Source of the DNA: an uncultured Clostridia bacterium | GTDB lineage: Bacteria; Bacillota; Clostridia; Christensenellales; UBA1242 | Assembly: GCA_934746715.1 (NCBI GenBank) | Contig: CAKVFI010000001.1 | Coordinates: 7,653-71,652, forward strand | Reading direction: 5' to 3' | Length of the DNA stretch: 64,000 bases | Shown: positions 24,061 through 33,450 of the stretch, piece by piece | Layout: the number at the start of each line of letters is the position of its first letter | Position numbering within the stretch: position 1 is the stretch's first letter | Notes under the pieces: model-generated | The model's database searches: none | The model's input: the letters and a program-made list of their open reading frames with translations, nothing else | Told to the model about the DNA's origin: nothing | Translations under genes and position numbers: made by a program

Positions 24061-24709
24061 TGTTCCCTTTTAACTTTTGAATTGCTTCATAAGCATCGTT
24101 GTTGTAAATGTAACTTCCGCTAACAACAATATCTGCCCCAGCGCGAACTGACTGTGCTGCTGTTTTGTCGTTTACGCCGCCGTCTACTTCAATCAAGATA
24201 TTGCTGTTTTTTGCGCGCACATATTTGATTTTTGCCAATGCTTCCTTTTGAAATTCTTGCCCACCCTTGCCAGCTTTAACAGACATAATAAGCACCAAAT
24301 CCAATTCTTTTAAAAATGGGTCTATTTTTGCAATATCGGTGCCAAGGTCAATTGCCAAACCTGCCATAACGCCTTTGCGTTTGATATGTTTGATTAATTT
24401 GTGAGTGTCTTCTTCATTCAACACTTCTTGATGAAAACTGATGATGTTTGCGCCCGCTTTAATGTATTTGTCAATCACCTTGTTTGGCTCTTGCACCATA
24501 AGGTGGCAATCAAAAAGCAAAGGTGTGCGTTCCTTTAATTGTTCAAGGTAAGCAAAATCAACTGATTTATGCTTTACAAACACGCCGTCCATAACATCAA
24601 AATGATACATATCTGCGCCATAGTTTGTAACTCTCTCCAAATATTCAATTTGGCTGGACATATTTCTGCCCGCTGGCAAACTAGATGCCGAAACAACAAT
24701 TTTTTTCAC
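24053..24709 (-). CDS. rpe: ribulose-phosphate 3-epimerase
   Basis: 'HFDVMDGVFV', 'CHLMV', 'IMSVKAGKGGQEF', 'EVDGGVN'. Confidence 0.9.
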   Translation of the reverse strand: MKKIVVSASSLPAGRNMSSQIEYLERVTNYGADMYHFDVMDGVFVKHKSVDFAYLEQLKERTPLLFDCHLMVQEPNKVIDKYIKAGANIISFHQEVLNEEDTHKLIKHIKRKGVMAGLAIDLGTDIAKIDPFLKELDLVLIMSVKAGKGGQEFQKEALAKIKYVRAKNSNILIEVDGGVNDKTAAQSVRAGADIVVSGSYIYNNDAYEAIQKLKGNNG

Positions 24710-24855
24710 GTTTAACTCCTATTGTATTTAGTTTAACATATTTTATTAAAAAAACAAACAAATTTTTAACAAATCAAGATTGCTTTTTTACAACAATCAA
24801 CCTTTTTTAAAGCTAAAAGTGTTGAATTTTAAAATAACTTTTACAATGATACCTA

Positions 24856-24883
24856 TTGACAAAAATCCTGCTTATGATATAAT
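24856..24883 (+). promoter_or_regulatory. near-consensus sigma-A promoter for the orphan gene at 24902
   Basis: TTGACA (24856-24861), 16-nt spacer, TG-a-TATAAT (24878-24883). AGAGGG RBS before ATG 24902. Confidence 0.65.
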
Positions 24884-24901
24884 GTCCACAAGAGGGAAAT
24901 T

Positions 24902-25363
24902 ATGGATTATATTGTAAAAGATGAAGAAAGCACTGTTAAAGACTGCATTTTTGAAAGTTTCAACAATTGCGTTAAAATGATTAATAAAATCACAACTATT
25001 TGTGACCACCAAGAAAAGAACATTAAAAAAATTGTTTCTTATTTAAACGTTTTGGCTCACGACATTTTAAGTGATAACGGCAGCGGCAATTACTTATCTT
25101 GTGTTAAGGAAGAATTTATTAATGACATGATTGCTTTGTCTTGCAAGATTGTTAACACAGAACGTGCTTTTAAGTCTATTGACCACGATTTGCTTAAAAA
25201 CGCTGAAATTTATTCTGGCATCAAAAAGCAACCAATTATTGATGATTTGAAATTGGTTAACACTCTTATCCCTATGTTTGAAGAGCTTGGCACAAATTTA
25301 AATAAATTGGCTTGTGATGTAAACCATTATTATATAATGAACTACATTAATGCAGAAGTTTAA
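24902..25363 (+). CDS. hypothetical 153-aa protein (orphan, helical)
   Basis: ORF with its own consensus promoter, RBS and downstream bidirectional terminator. No recognisable motif. Confidence 0.65.
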   Translation: MDYIVKDEESTVKDCIFESFNNCVKMINKITTICDHQEKNIKKIVSYLNVLAHDILSDNGSGNYLSCVKEEFINDMIALSCKIVNTERAFKSIDHDLLKNAEIYSGIKKQPIIDDLKLVNTLIPMFEELGTNLNKLACDVNHYYIMNYINAEV

Positions 25364-25379
25364 TTGAAATTTGATAATC

Positions 25380-25409
25380 AAAAATGGCAACATCTGTTGC
25401 CATTTTTTT
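25380..25409. terminator. bidirectional terminator between the orphan gene (+) and rlmN (-)
   Basis: AAAATGGCAAC-ATCT-GTTGCCATTTT, with flanking A-run and T-run. Confidence 0.8.
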
Positions 25410-25411
25410 AT

Positions 25412-26431
25412 TTAAACTTGCAAGTGTTTTGCACGCAGCATTCCACACGCACCAGCAATATCATCACCTTGGCTGCGGCGTAAAGTTGCACTAACACCTT
25501 CTGCATTCAACCTTTCAACAAACTCAATTGCTTGTGCTCGGGTAGTTGCTTTAAGGCTACCGCCATTTGGATTAAGGCAAATTACATTAACATGGCTCTT
25601 AAACCCATGAGTTAACTTTTTTAGTGCTAAAATGTCTTGCTCTCGATTGTTCACACCATCAATTAAGCAATATTCAAACACAACACGTCGATTGTTGATT
25701 TTAACATAGTTTTTAACTGCTTTAATTATTTCTTCAATAGTGTAACGATTTGCAATTGGCATGATTGTTTTGCGAGTTTCATCATCAGTTGCATGCAATG
25801 AAACGCAAAGTGTGATGTTAAATTTAAGTTTTGCCAAATCATAAATTTTGTCAACCAAACCGCAAGTTGAAATTGAAATGTTGCGCTCACTAACATTAAA
25901 CCCGTTTGGGTCGGTGATAAGTTCCAACCATTTAACAACATTGTCAAAATTGTCCAATGGTTCGCCACTGCCCATAAGCACAATGTTTGAAAAGTTGCGC
26001 GCGGTACATTTGCCGTTGTCTGCATTAAGTGCAGCGATAATTGAAAGCATTTCACCAGCCGACAAATTGCGTATCAAACCATTTAGTGTTGAAGCACAAA
26101 ATTTGCAACCCATTCTGCACCCCACTTGAGTGGACAAACAAATTGTGTTGCCATAATTTTGAGTTAAAAACACACTTTCAACCAAATTGTTGTCATGCAA
26201 CTTTAAAAGATATTTTTTTGTGCCATCTCGGCTTGTAAAAACTTTAAAGATTTCAACTGGTTTTAAGATATAATCTTGCTTAAGTTTTGCTTTTAAATCT
26301 GCGCTAAAATTAATGGCATCAAAGTCCTTTGATTGCAAAATTGCATCAAAAATTTGTTTGGCACGAAATGCTGGTAAAACTGCCAATTGTTGCTTTAATT
26401 CATTTAAAGTTAAATCGCTTAAAATTTTCAT
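25412..26431 (-). CDS. rlmN: 23S rRNA/tRNA (adenine-C2)-methyltransferase RlmN
   Basis: Radical-SAM 'CRMGCKFCAS', 'GSGEPLDN', and C-terminal 'GDDIAGACGML'. Confidence 0.95.
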   Translation of the reverse strand: MKILSDLTLNELKQQLAVLPAFRAKQIFDAILQSKDFDAINFSADLKAKLKQDYILKPVEIFKVFTSRDGTKKYLLKLHDNNLVESVFLTQNYGNTICLSTQVGCRMGCKFCASTLNGLIRNLSAGEMLSIIAALNADNGKCTARNFSNIVLMGSGEPLDNFDNVVKWLELITDPNGFNVSERNISISTCGLVDKIYDLAKLKFNITLCVSLHATDDETRKTIMPIANRYTIEEIIKAVKNYVKINNRRVVFEYCLIDGVNNREQDILALKKLTHGFKSHVNVICLNPNGGSLKATTRAQAIEFVERLNAEGVSATLRRSQGDDIAGACGMLRAKHLQV

Positions 26432-26469
26432 ATTTTTTGTTTTTATGTGTTAATATTTTAACAATTTTG

Positions 26470-27387
26470 TTATGTTTCAATCACATCACCCAACACAAAT
26501 TTGTTGGAGTTCATGTATGCTTTTGCTGGCATTTTTTGCTTGCCTTCTGGTTGGATTGTTTCAATTTCAACAGCACCATCTTGTGTTGCAACAATAAGAC
26601 CAGTTTTTGCGTTGCAACTTAAAATTTTGCCTGGTGTAGCACTTCCTTCTGCTGGCGTTGTTTGAAGCACTTTAAAACGCATGTTTTTGTAAACAAAATA
26701 GCAATTTTCAAGTGCACGAACCTTGTTGATTAATTTGATTGTTGGCATGTTGAAGTCCAGCAAAAAGTCTTCCTTTTTTAACATTGGATAATATGACATT
26801 TCTGCTTCGTTTTGTGGAACACCGTGAGATTTGTAATAATCAAAATTATTCAAAAATTCAACAATACATTCAACCCCTAGTGTTGCAAGTTTTTTAAATA
26901 CACTTGATGATGTGTCGTTTTGTTCAATCGTAATTTTCTTTTGAAGATACATATCGCCACAATCAAGCCCCAATTCGGTTTTCATGATTGTTACTCCCGT
27001 AACCTTTTCTCCATTCATAATTGCCCATTGAATTGGTGATGAGCCACGATATTTTGGAAGCAAACTTGCGTGCACATTAAAAATGCCAAAATGTGGTATA
27101 TCCAATATATTTTGCCTGATAATTTGACCATAACTTGCTGTTATAAATATATCAGCATTTAATGCTTTTAAATCTTGCTCGCCATCGCGATTAAGCTTTT
27201 CAAACTGAAACAATTTTAAGCCATTTTGCAAACAAAATTGTTTGATTGCAGAGAAAGTTGTTTTGCCATTTCTGCCATTAACTTTATCTGGTTGCGAAAC
27301 AACTGCGACAACATCCTTGCCGTTTTCAATCAATCCTTTTAAAATGTCAACGCTAAATTCTCCAGTTCCAAAAAACACAATTTTCAT
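26470..27387 (-). CDS. fmt: methionyl-tRNA formyltransferase
   Basis: 'MKIVFFGTGEFS' and 'NVHASLLPKYRGSSPIQWAI'. Confidence 0.95.
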   Translation of the reverse strand: MKIVFFGTGEFSVDILKGLIENGKDVVAVVSQPDKVNGRNGKTTFSAIKQFCLQNGLKLFQFEKLNRDGEQDLKALNADIFITASYGQIIRQNILDIPHFGIFNVHASLLPKYRGSSPIQWAIMNGEKVTGVTIMKTELGLDCGDMYLQKKITIEQNDTSSSVFKKLATLGVECIVEFLNNFDYYKSHGVPQNEAEMSYYPMLKKEDFLLDFNMPTIKLINKVRALENCYFVYKNMRFKVLQTTPAEGSATPGKILSCNAKTGLIVATQDGAVEIETIQPEGKQKMPAKAYMNSNKFVLGDVIET

Positions 27388-27863
27388 TATTCTTGTTCGT
27401 CCTCATCAACAAAATCTTTTGGTGGTGTGCAAATTTTGTCTATGTACAAAATTCCGTCCAAATGGTCATTTTCATGGCAAACGCAAACTGCTGTCCACCC
27501 TTCGCAAGTTAATGTAAATTTGTTGCCATAACGGTCAAATGCACGCACTGTTACAGTTTGTGGACGTTCAACATAATCAAATGGAAGTTTAACACTCAAG
27601 CAACCTTCCTTGTGAATTTGTTTGCCAGATGTTTCAACAATTTCTGGGTTAATAAATTCCATATAAATTTCATTAATGCAAACAACAAAAACACGCTTAA
27701 GCACGCCAACTTGGACTGCGCTTAAACCTGAGCCATTTGCTATTTTTACAGTTTCACGCATGTCGTCAAGCAATTCCCAAAGTTTGTCATCAAAAATTTT
27801 AACTGGCTTGCTTTTTTTGCGAATAAAACTGTCAGTATACATAACAATTTCTCTAACTGCCAT
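27387..27863 (-). CDS. def: peptide deformylase
   Basis: 'GSGLSAVQVG', 'EGCLS', 'HENDHLDG'. Confidence 0.9.
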   Translation of the reverse strand: MAVREIVMYTDSFIRKKSKPVKIFDDKLWELLDDMRETVKIANGSGLSAVQVGVLKRVFVVCINEIYMEFINPEIVETSGKQIHKEGCLSVKLPFDYVERPQTVTVRAFDRYGNKFTLTCEGWTAVCVCHENDHLDGILYIDKICTPPKDFVDEDEQE

Positions 27864-27874
27864 AATTTCTCCTT

Positions 27875-30052
27875 TTATCTTAAATTGTTAGGATTTGTTT
27901 CAACAAAGATGCTAACATCTTTTTCAATCAAATCGCTTGCAGCATAAAATTCTGCTGTTATTCTATCACTTGGAACAAATCTAGTCAAGATTTGATATCT
28001 ATATTTGGTTTGAATCTTTTTGACAGGTGAAGGCATAGCCTGCAAAAATATGATTGACCTACCTTCCTTTTGCTTTAATTCTTGGCAACGGTCAAAAATC
28101 TTTTTTGTAACTTCCTTGGCGCGTTCATCACTAACCGAACTCACCAAAATGCGCAAAATTGTGCTGAATGGCGGAAACATTGTTGTTTGACGCACATTAA
28201 TTTCTTTTGCGTAAAAACCTTCATAATCATAATTTTGAGCAAAACGATAAACATAATGTTTTGGTGCATAGGTTTGAAGCACAACATGCCCGTCTGCATT
28301 TTTTCGCCCTGCCCTGCCTGCAACCTGTGTTACAAGTTGAAAAGTGCGCTCGTTGGATTTGTAGTCGCTGTTGTACAAACTAACATCTGCATCAAGAATG
28401 CCAACCAAAGAAACAAGCGGATAATCATGACCTTTTGCAATCATTTGCGTGCCAACCAAAATGCTTGGCGCTGTTTGTGAAAATTGGCTCAATATTTTTT
28501 TATGCCCATCTTTGCCGCGCGTTGTGTCATTATCCATTCTAAAAATCGGCACATCTTTAAACATGTTGGCAAGTTCTTCACAAACTTTTTCTGTGCCGGT
28601 TGCACCATAGCGAATGTTTGTGCTGTTGCAATTTGGGCAATTTGTGAGCATGCGATATTTTTTGCCACAAAAATGACATTTAAGTTGATTGTCTTCCTTG
28701 TGATAAACAAGGCTAACTTCACAATCATCACATTTTGCGCGATAACCACACTTTCTGCACATCACAAAAGATGCAAATCCACGCCTATTTATAAACAAAA
28801 TTGCTTGCTTTTTGTCCTTGATGCATCTATCCAATTTTGCAACCAGACTTTTGGAAAATGGCGACATATTGCCGTCCATAACTTCACCGGTCATATCAAC
28901 AATTTCTATATCCGGCATTTCGCTGCCGTTTATGCGTTGTTTTAATTCAACCAATTGGTATTCACCATTGATGGCTTTGTTGTAACTTTCAAGTGATGGC
29001 GTTGCACTGCCTAAAATAAGCGGACAATTGTTTGCCCTTGCCCTGTGTTCTGCCACTGTGTGAGCATCATAACGTGGATTGTTTTCACTAACATAAGAAC
29101 TGTCATGCTCTTCATCAATCACAATCACGCCAAGGTTTTTAACTGGTGCAAAAATTGCAGAGCGCGCGCCCAAAACAACATGTGCTTTGCCGGAAAAAAT
29201 TTTTTCCCATTCATCAAAGCGTTCGCCATCGCTCAATCTGCTGTGAAGCACTGCCACGTCAGACGGAAAACGACTGTTAAAACGCTGCATCATTTGTGGT
29301 GTGAGCGAAATTTCTGGCACAAGCATAATGGCAGTTTTGCCTTGCTTAATAGCCTGCTCAATGATTGTCATATAAACTTCGGTTTTGCCGCTGCCAGTAA
29401 CACCTTTAAGCAAAAAAGTTTTGTTTTGATTTTGCATTGTTTGCACAGCATTGGCTTGTGCAGGTGTTAAAATATTTTTTTGTTCAGTTGCACTTTCCAC
29501 TGACGGATTGCGCACTTTGCGAGTGGCAGATTTTAAAACAATGCCCTTTTCAACAAGTGCATTAACGCTTTGCCTGCCAAACATATCAACAGCTTTTAAA
29601 AAGTCTATTGTTCCATTTTCGTTTAAAAATGCAATAAGAGCCAATTGATTTTTTGCGCGTTTGCCAACAATGTTGATTGCTGTGTCAATATCCAAAAGCA
29701 AACTTAAATTATATTCAAATTGTTCGTGTTGACTGTCCAATCTAACACATGACGGCAAAGCCAAGCGTATGCAATCACTTAAACGCAAAAAAAAGTGCCG
29801 AGACATAAACTGACATAGTTCCAATATCTCCGGCATCAATTTTGGTGTTTGCTCCAAATTTTTTGCGATAGTTTTAAGTTTGCTTGGTTCAATCTGCGAT
29901 TTTTCACTTAATTGTATAACATAACCCAACACCAATCTTCCAGCGAAAGGAACTTTGACACGCATGCCAATTTGCGTGTTTTCAAGCGCAATATAGTCAA
30001 AAACTCGGTCAACAGCGTCATTGGGAATATCAACAACAACTTGAGCAATCAT
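27875..30052 (-). CDS. priA: primosomal protein N' (PriA helicase)
   Basis: 'GVTGSGKTEVY', 'DEEHD', and the Cys-rich zinc region 'CRKCGYRAKCDDC..CHFCG..CPNC'. Confidence 0.95.
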   Translation of the reverse strand: MIAQVVVDIPNDAVDRVFDYIALENTQIGMRVKVPFAGRLVLGYVIQLSEKSQIEPSKLKTIAKNLEQTPKLMPEILELCQFMSRHFFLRLSDCIRLALPSCVRLDSQHEQFEYNLSLLLDIDTAINIVGKRAKNQLALIAFLNENGTIDFLKAVDMFGRQSVNALVEKGIVLKSATRKVRNPSVESATEQKNILTPAQANAVQTMQNQNKTFLLKGVTGSGKTEVYMTIIEQAIKQGKTAIMLVPEISLTPQMMQRFNSRFPSDVAVLHSRLSDGERFDEWEKIFSGKAHVVLGARSAIFAPVKNLGVIVIDEEHDSSYVSENNPRYDAHTVAEHRARANNCPLILGSATPSLESYNKAINGEYQLVELKQRINGSEMPDIEIVDMTGEVMDGNMSPFSKSLVAKLDRCIKDKKQAILFINRRGFASFVMCRKCGYRAKCDDCEVSLVYHKEDNQLKCHFCGKKYRMLTNCPNCNSTNIRYGATGTEKVCEELANMFKDVPIFRMDNDTTRGKDGHKKILSQFSQTAPSILVGTQMIAKGHDYPLVSLVGILDADVSLYNSDYKSNERTFQLVTQVAGRAGRKNADGHVVLQTYAPKHYVYRFAQNYDYEGFYAKEINVRQTTMFPPFSTILRILVSSVSDERAKEVTKKIFDRCQELKQKEGRSIIFLQAMPSPVKKIQTKYRYQILTRFVPSDRITAEFYAASDLIEKDVSIFVETNPNNLR

Positions 30053-30053
30053 A

Positions 30054-30251
30054 CTAATTTGATTTTACCCCTACAATATCGCCTTTTGCAACTTCTTTTG
30101 CAGCGTAATCAATTGCAAGGTTTGCACTGCCATTTAAAAGAGTTGGTATTTTGTTTTCCAAATCCTTGGCACGAGCGCCAACAACTACGGCAACCATATA
30201 CCTGCAACCTAATTTTTCAACTAATAAATCAATAGGTGGTTCAAATAACAT
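30054..30251 (-). CDS. rpoZ: DNA-directed RNA polymerase subunit omega
   Basis: 65 aa, 'IDLLVEKLGCRYMVAVVVGARAKDL'. Upstream of priA, as yloH is in Bacillus. AAAGGAGAGATT RBS. Confidence 0.8.
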   Translation of the reverse strand: MLFEPPIDLLVEKLGCRYMVAVVVGARAKDLENKIPTLLNGSANLAIDYAAKEVAKGDIVGVKSN

Positions 30252-30392
30252 AATCTCTCCTTTAATTATTAATTTTTAGCACAAAATTAATTTTTTGGCA
30301 AACAAATTTAATCAAATTGAATTAAATTTTGACAATTTAAAAGATTTTTTTAATTTGTTGCTTTTTTTTGTTTTTTCAAACATATATATTAG

Positions 30393-30446
30393 ATTTGTTT
30401 TCTTCAAAAGCAAATAAATTAAATTTGTTTCTTCCAAAACAAATTT
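30393..30446. repeat. two tandem copies of a hairpin-forming ~26-nt unit
   Basis: 30421-30446: AAATTTGTTT-cttcca-AAACAAATTT, a perfect 10-bp inverted repeat. 30393-30415: ATTTGTTTT-cttc-AAAAGCAAAT, an imperfect copy. Confidence 0.6.
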
Positions 30447-30475
30447 ATTATAGCACAAATTTCAAAAATTTGCAA
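30447..30475 (-). promoter_or_regulatory. near-consensus extended -10 promoter upstream of rpoZ
   Basis: Minus strand: TTGCAA (30475..30470), 17-nt spacer, TG-c-TATAAT (30452..30447). Confidence 0.55.
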
Positions 30476-30489
30476 ATATTTTAAAATTT

Positions 30490-31179
30490 TTAAGATTTTT
30501 TGCTTAATTTGGTTAAAGCAAGATGCGCGGCATTTTGCTCTGCTTCGCGCTTGGTTGAGCCTTGACCATACGCCAAAAATTCATCATCAACAAAAACGCT
30601 TGCTCTAAAATTGGTTTGCCCACCCTTAGTTTCGTAAGTATCAGTTGAATATTTCAACTTTAATTTTTTATCTTGAACAAAAACTTGAAGTTGACTTTTA
30701 AAATCTTTGCTGGTTAAACCTGCATTGATTTGTTCTTTGATTTTTAATGCTTCAAGCACTGCATTTGCGATTGATGGCATTCCGTAGGTTAAATACATCA
30801 CGCCAATCATGCTTTCAATTGTGTCCGCCAACACGGCATTTGAAATTTCCTTTGATTTAAAACTTTTGCCAAACAAAATGCGGTTTTCAATGCCAAGTTC
30901 CTTTGCCAAAGCTGCCAAATTGTCAGTACACACAAAGTTGGCACGGATTTTGCTCATTTTCCCTTCAAGATAATGATAATGTTTGTAAAGATAATCACTT
31001 ACAATTGTTGAAAGCACGCTATCGCCCAAAAATTCAATACGCTCGTTGCATTCAACATCATGGTCGTGAGCATAGGAAGAATGAGTGAACGCCAAAGTTT
31101 TAAGGTCTTCACTGCACTTTTCAAATAATTCTATAAAACTGTTTTTAGTTTTTTTCAACTGCTTTTGCCACCTTTTCAA
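30490..31179 (-). CDS. rnc: ribonuclease III
   Basis: 'FTHSSYA', 'ERIEFLGDSVL', and the dsRBD 'GQGSTKREAEQNAA'. Overlaps the plsX 3' end by 35 nt. Confidence 0.9.
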   Translation of the reverse strand: MKRWQKQLKKTKNSFIELFEKCSEDLKTLAFTHSSYAHDHDVECNERIEFLGDSVLSTIVSDYLYKHYHYLEGKMSKIRANFVCTDNLAALAKELGIENRILFGKSFKSKEISNAVLADTIESMIGVMYLTYGMPSIANAVLEALKIKEQINAGLTSKDFKSQLQVFVQDKKLKLKYSTDTYETKGGQTNFRASVFVDDEFLAYGQGSTKREAEQNAAHLALTKLSKKS

Positions 31180-32140
31180 CTAATTTATTTTGTGCAAGAT
31201 TGTATGCTTGTTGGATTGTGTCTGCAACAATTGGTGCTTTGCTGTTGCCATGGCATTTAAGCACAATTTTGCCAACACCCAACAATGGTGCGCCACCACA
31301 TTTTGTGTAATCGTACTTTGTTTTGATTTTTTTAAGGCTACCTTTAAGCATTAATGCCCCAATTTTTGCCTTAAATGAAGATTTTACAGCGTCTTTAATT
31401 TCACTAAACAAAACTTCTGAAATGCCTTCCATTGACTTTAAGCAAATGTTGCCAGAAAAGCCATCACACACAACAACATCTACATTGCCACGCAACACAT
31501 CACGAGATTCAATGTTGCCAACAAAATTAAGTTTTGCAGATTTTAAAAGTTGATAAGCTTGTTTGTGAACATCGTCGCCCTTTTCTTCTTCTGTGCCAAT
31601 GTTAAGCAAACCTATACGTGGTTTTTTGATGCCAAGCGCTTTCATATACACATCACCCATTATGGCAAAATCAAGCAAGTTTTCTGGTTTGCATTCAGCA
31701 TTTGCGCCACAATCAACCAACATAACTTTGCCGTCGTTGATTGTTGGAAGCAATGGTGCCAATGCAGGACGAGAGATGTTTTTGATTCTGCCCAATTTAA
31801 GCACTGCTCCAGTAAGAGTTGCCCCAGTGCTGCCGGCACTAACAAGAGCAACTGCGTCTTCGTTGGTTTTTAAGTAATCATAAGCAACAACAATGCTTGA
31901 TGTTTTTTTTGTGCGGATTGCAACCGTTGGCACATCATCATTTGTTACCACATCTGGAGCATGCACAATTTCAAGACGGTCGCTAACAAAAACCAATTCT
32001 TGCAAAATTTCAGTTATTCTATCCTTATCTCCAACCAAAACGATTTTTAAATTTTGATTGTCTTGCAACGCTTTAACCGCGCCTGCAACTATTTCATATG
32101 GTGCGTAATCGCCACCAAAAGCATCTACTACAATTTTCAT
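31145..32140 (-). CDS. plsX: phosphate acyltransferase PlsX
   Basis: 'MKIVVDAFGGDYAP', 'AGSTGA', 'CDGFSGN'. Confidence 0.95.
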   Translation of the reverse strand: MKIVVDAFGGDYAPYEIVAGAVKALQDNQNLKIVLVGDKDRITEILQELVFVSDRLEIVHAPDVVTNDDVPTVAIRTKKTSSIVVAYDYLKTNEDAVALVSAGSTGATLTGAVLKLGRIKNISRPALAPLLPTINDGKVMLVDCGANAECKPENLLDFAIMGDVYMKALGIKKPRIGLLNIGTEEEKGDDVHKQAYQLLKSAKLNFVGNIESRDVLRGNVDVVVCDGFSGNICLKSMEGISEVLFSEIKDAVKSSFKAKIGALMLKGSLKKIKTKYDYTKCGGAPLLGVGKIVLKCHGNSKAPIVADTIQQAYNLAQNKLVEKVAKAVEKN

Positions 32141-32242
32141 ATTTTTCCCTTTTTTACACTCAAAATAATTAAATTTTAATTTAATAAATTAATTATACAA
32201 AAAATTTTAACAAAAGTAAAATGAATTTAACCTTTAAAAGCG

Positions 32243-33359
32243 TTAGCCTTTGCATTGCAAATCAATGAGCGTTTGCTTAAACTTGTATTTTTCCTTGAGA
32301 TTAAGCAAGTTTTGATATGACTTTTTTGTGCTGTTTTTTGTTGCCCTTAACATAACATTTTTTGGTGAATGAGCAAAATCAACAAACTCAATCACATCAA
32401 CAGAATATCCAACCGAACGCAAAACTTCAGTTCTAATTGCATCAGTGAGCAAAGCTGAAAATCTTTCTTTAAACAAGCCGTCTTTAAGCAAAATGTCAAA
32501 GTCGCCTGCTTTTGCAATGCTCAAATTGACTTCATGTTGGCAACATGGCACGCTAAAAATGTATTTAACATGATTTTCGATTGCAAAATTGAGAGCATAG
32601 TCTGTTGCAGTGTCGCAAGCATGAAGGCTGATAACCATATCAATTTTGTTGTTGTAAAGTTTGTCTGATTTAACATCGCTAACAACAAATTGCAAGCCGT
32701 CATAACCATATTTTTTTGCTATTTGATTGCAGTGCTCAATCACGTCTGCTTTAAGGTCGTATCCAATGATTTTTGCCTTGATTTTGCGCAATTTTTCAAA
32801 ATAATAATATATCAAAAATGTTAAATAACTTTTGCCACAACCAAAATCCAAAATGGTGATTTCCTGCCCAGAAAAGTTTTTTAAACTTGCATCAATAATT
32901 TCAATAAATTTGTTTATTTGTTTAAATTTATCGTACATCGACGCAACAATTTTGCCGTCGCGAGTAAAAATGCCCAAGTCAACCAGTGCTGGCACATCGT
33001 CGCCCTCATTGATGAAATATTGTTTTTGTTTGTTGTGTTGCAAGTTAATTTGTTTAATGTTGTTTTGTTTTTCCTTTAATTTGTAGCCAGTTTTTGTGGC
33101 AGAAAAAACTCCAGTAGTGCCAGTTGCTTCCACTGTTATTTGCTTGTAGTCATCAAAAGGCAAAGTTTTTAAATTTTCAAAATCGACATTGGAGTGAAAC
33201 ACTTGTGCCCCAACATATTTTTCTATTTGCCATTTTTGTTCGCCCTTTAATTCAATTGGGTGGACAATGATTTTTTTAACATCTGTTTTCGAATCACTTA
33301 AAATGATTTTTTTGATGATTATTTTGTTTTTTGATATATATTCCCAAATTTTTTTCCAT
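32243..33359 (-). CDS. class I SAM-dependent methyltransferase, 5' end frameshifted at an A7 tract
   Basis: The ORF track gives 32243..33202 (GTG). SAM motif 'ILDFGCGKSYLT'. The same frame stays open for 57 more codons upstream with no start codon. The only ATG (33359) is one frame off, across the A7 tract at 33355..33349. See the finding. Confidence 0.75.
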
Positions 33360-33365
33360 ATTTTT

Positions 33366-33394
33366 ATTTTAACCTAATTGCTTTGATTTGACAA
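33366..33394 (-). promoter_or_regulatory. promoter placing the TSS at or near the methyltransferase ATG (leaderless?)
   Basis: Minus strand: TTGTCA (33394..33389), 17-nt spacer, TAAAAT (33371..33366). There are only 6 nt to ATG 33359 and no SD. Confidence 0.4.
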
Positions 33395-33413
33395 CTGATT
33401 GATTGAAATGCAT

Positions 33414-33436
33414 AAAAAAACCACCATAATTGGTGG
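33414..33436 (-). terminator. Rho-independent terminator after rpmF
   Basis: Minus strand: CCACCA-ATTA-TGGTGG followed by TTTTTTT. Confidence 0.7.
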
Positions 33437-33450
33437 AGTTTTTAAAATAA

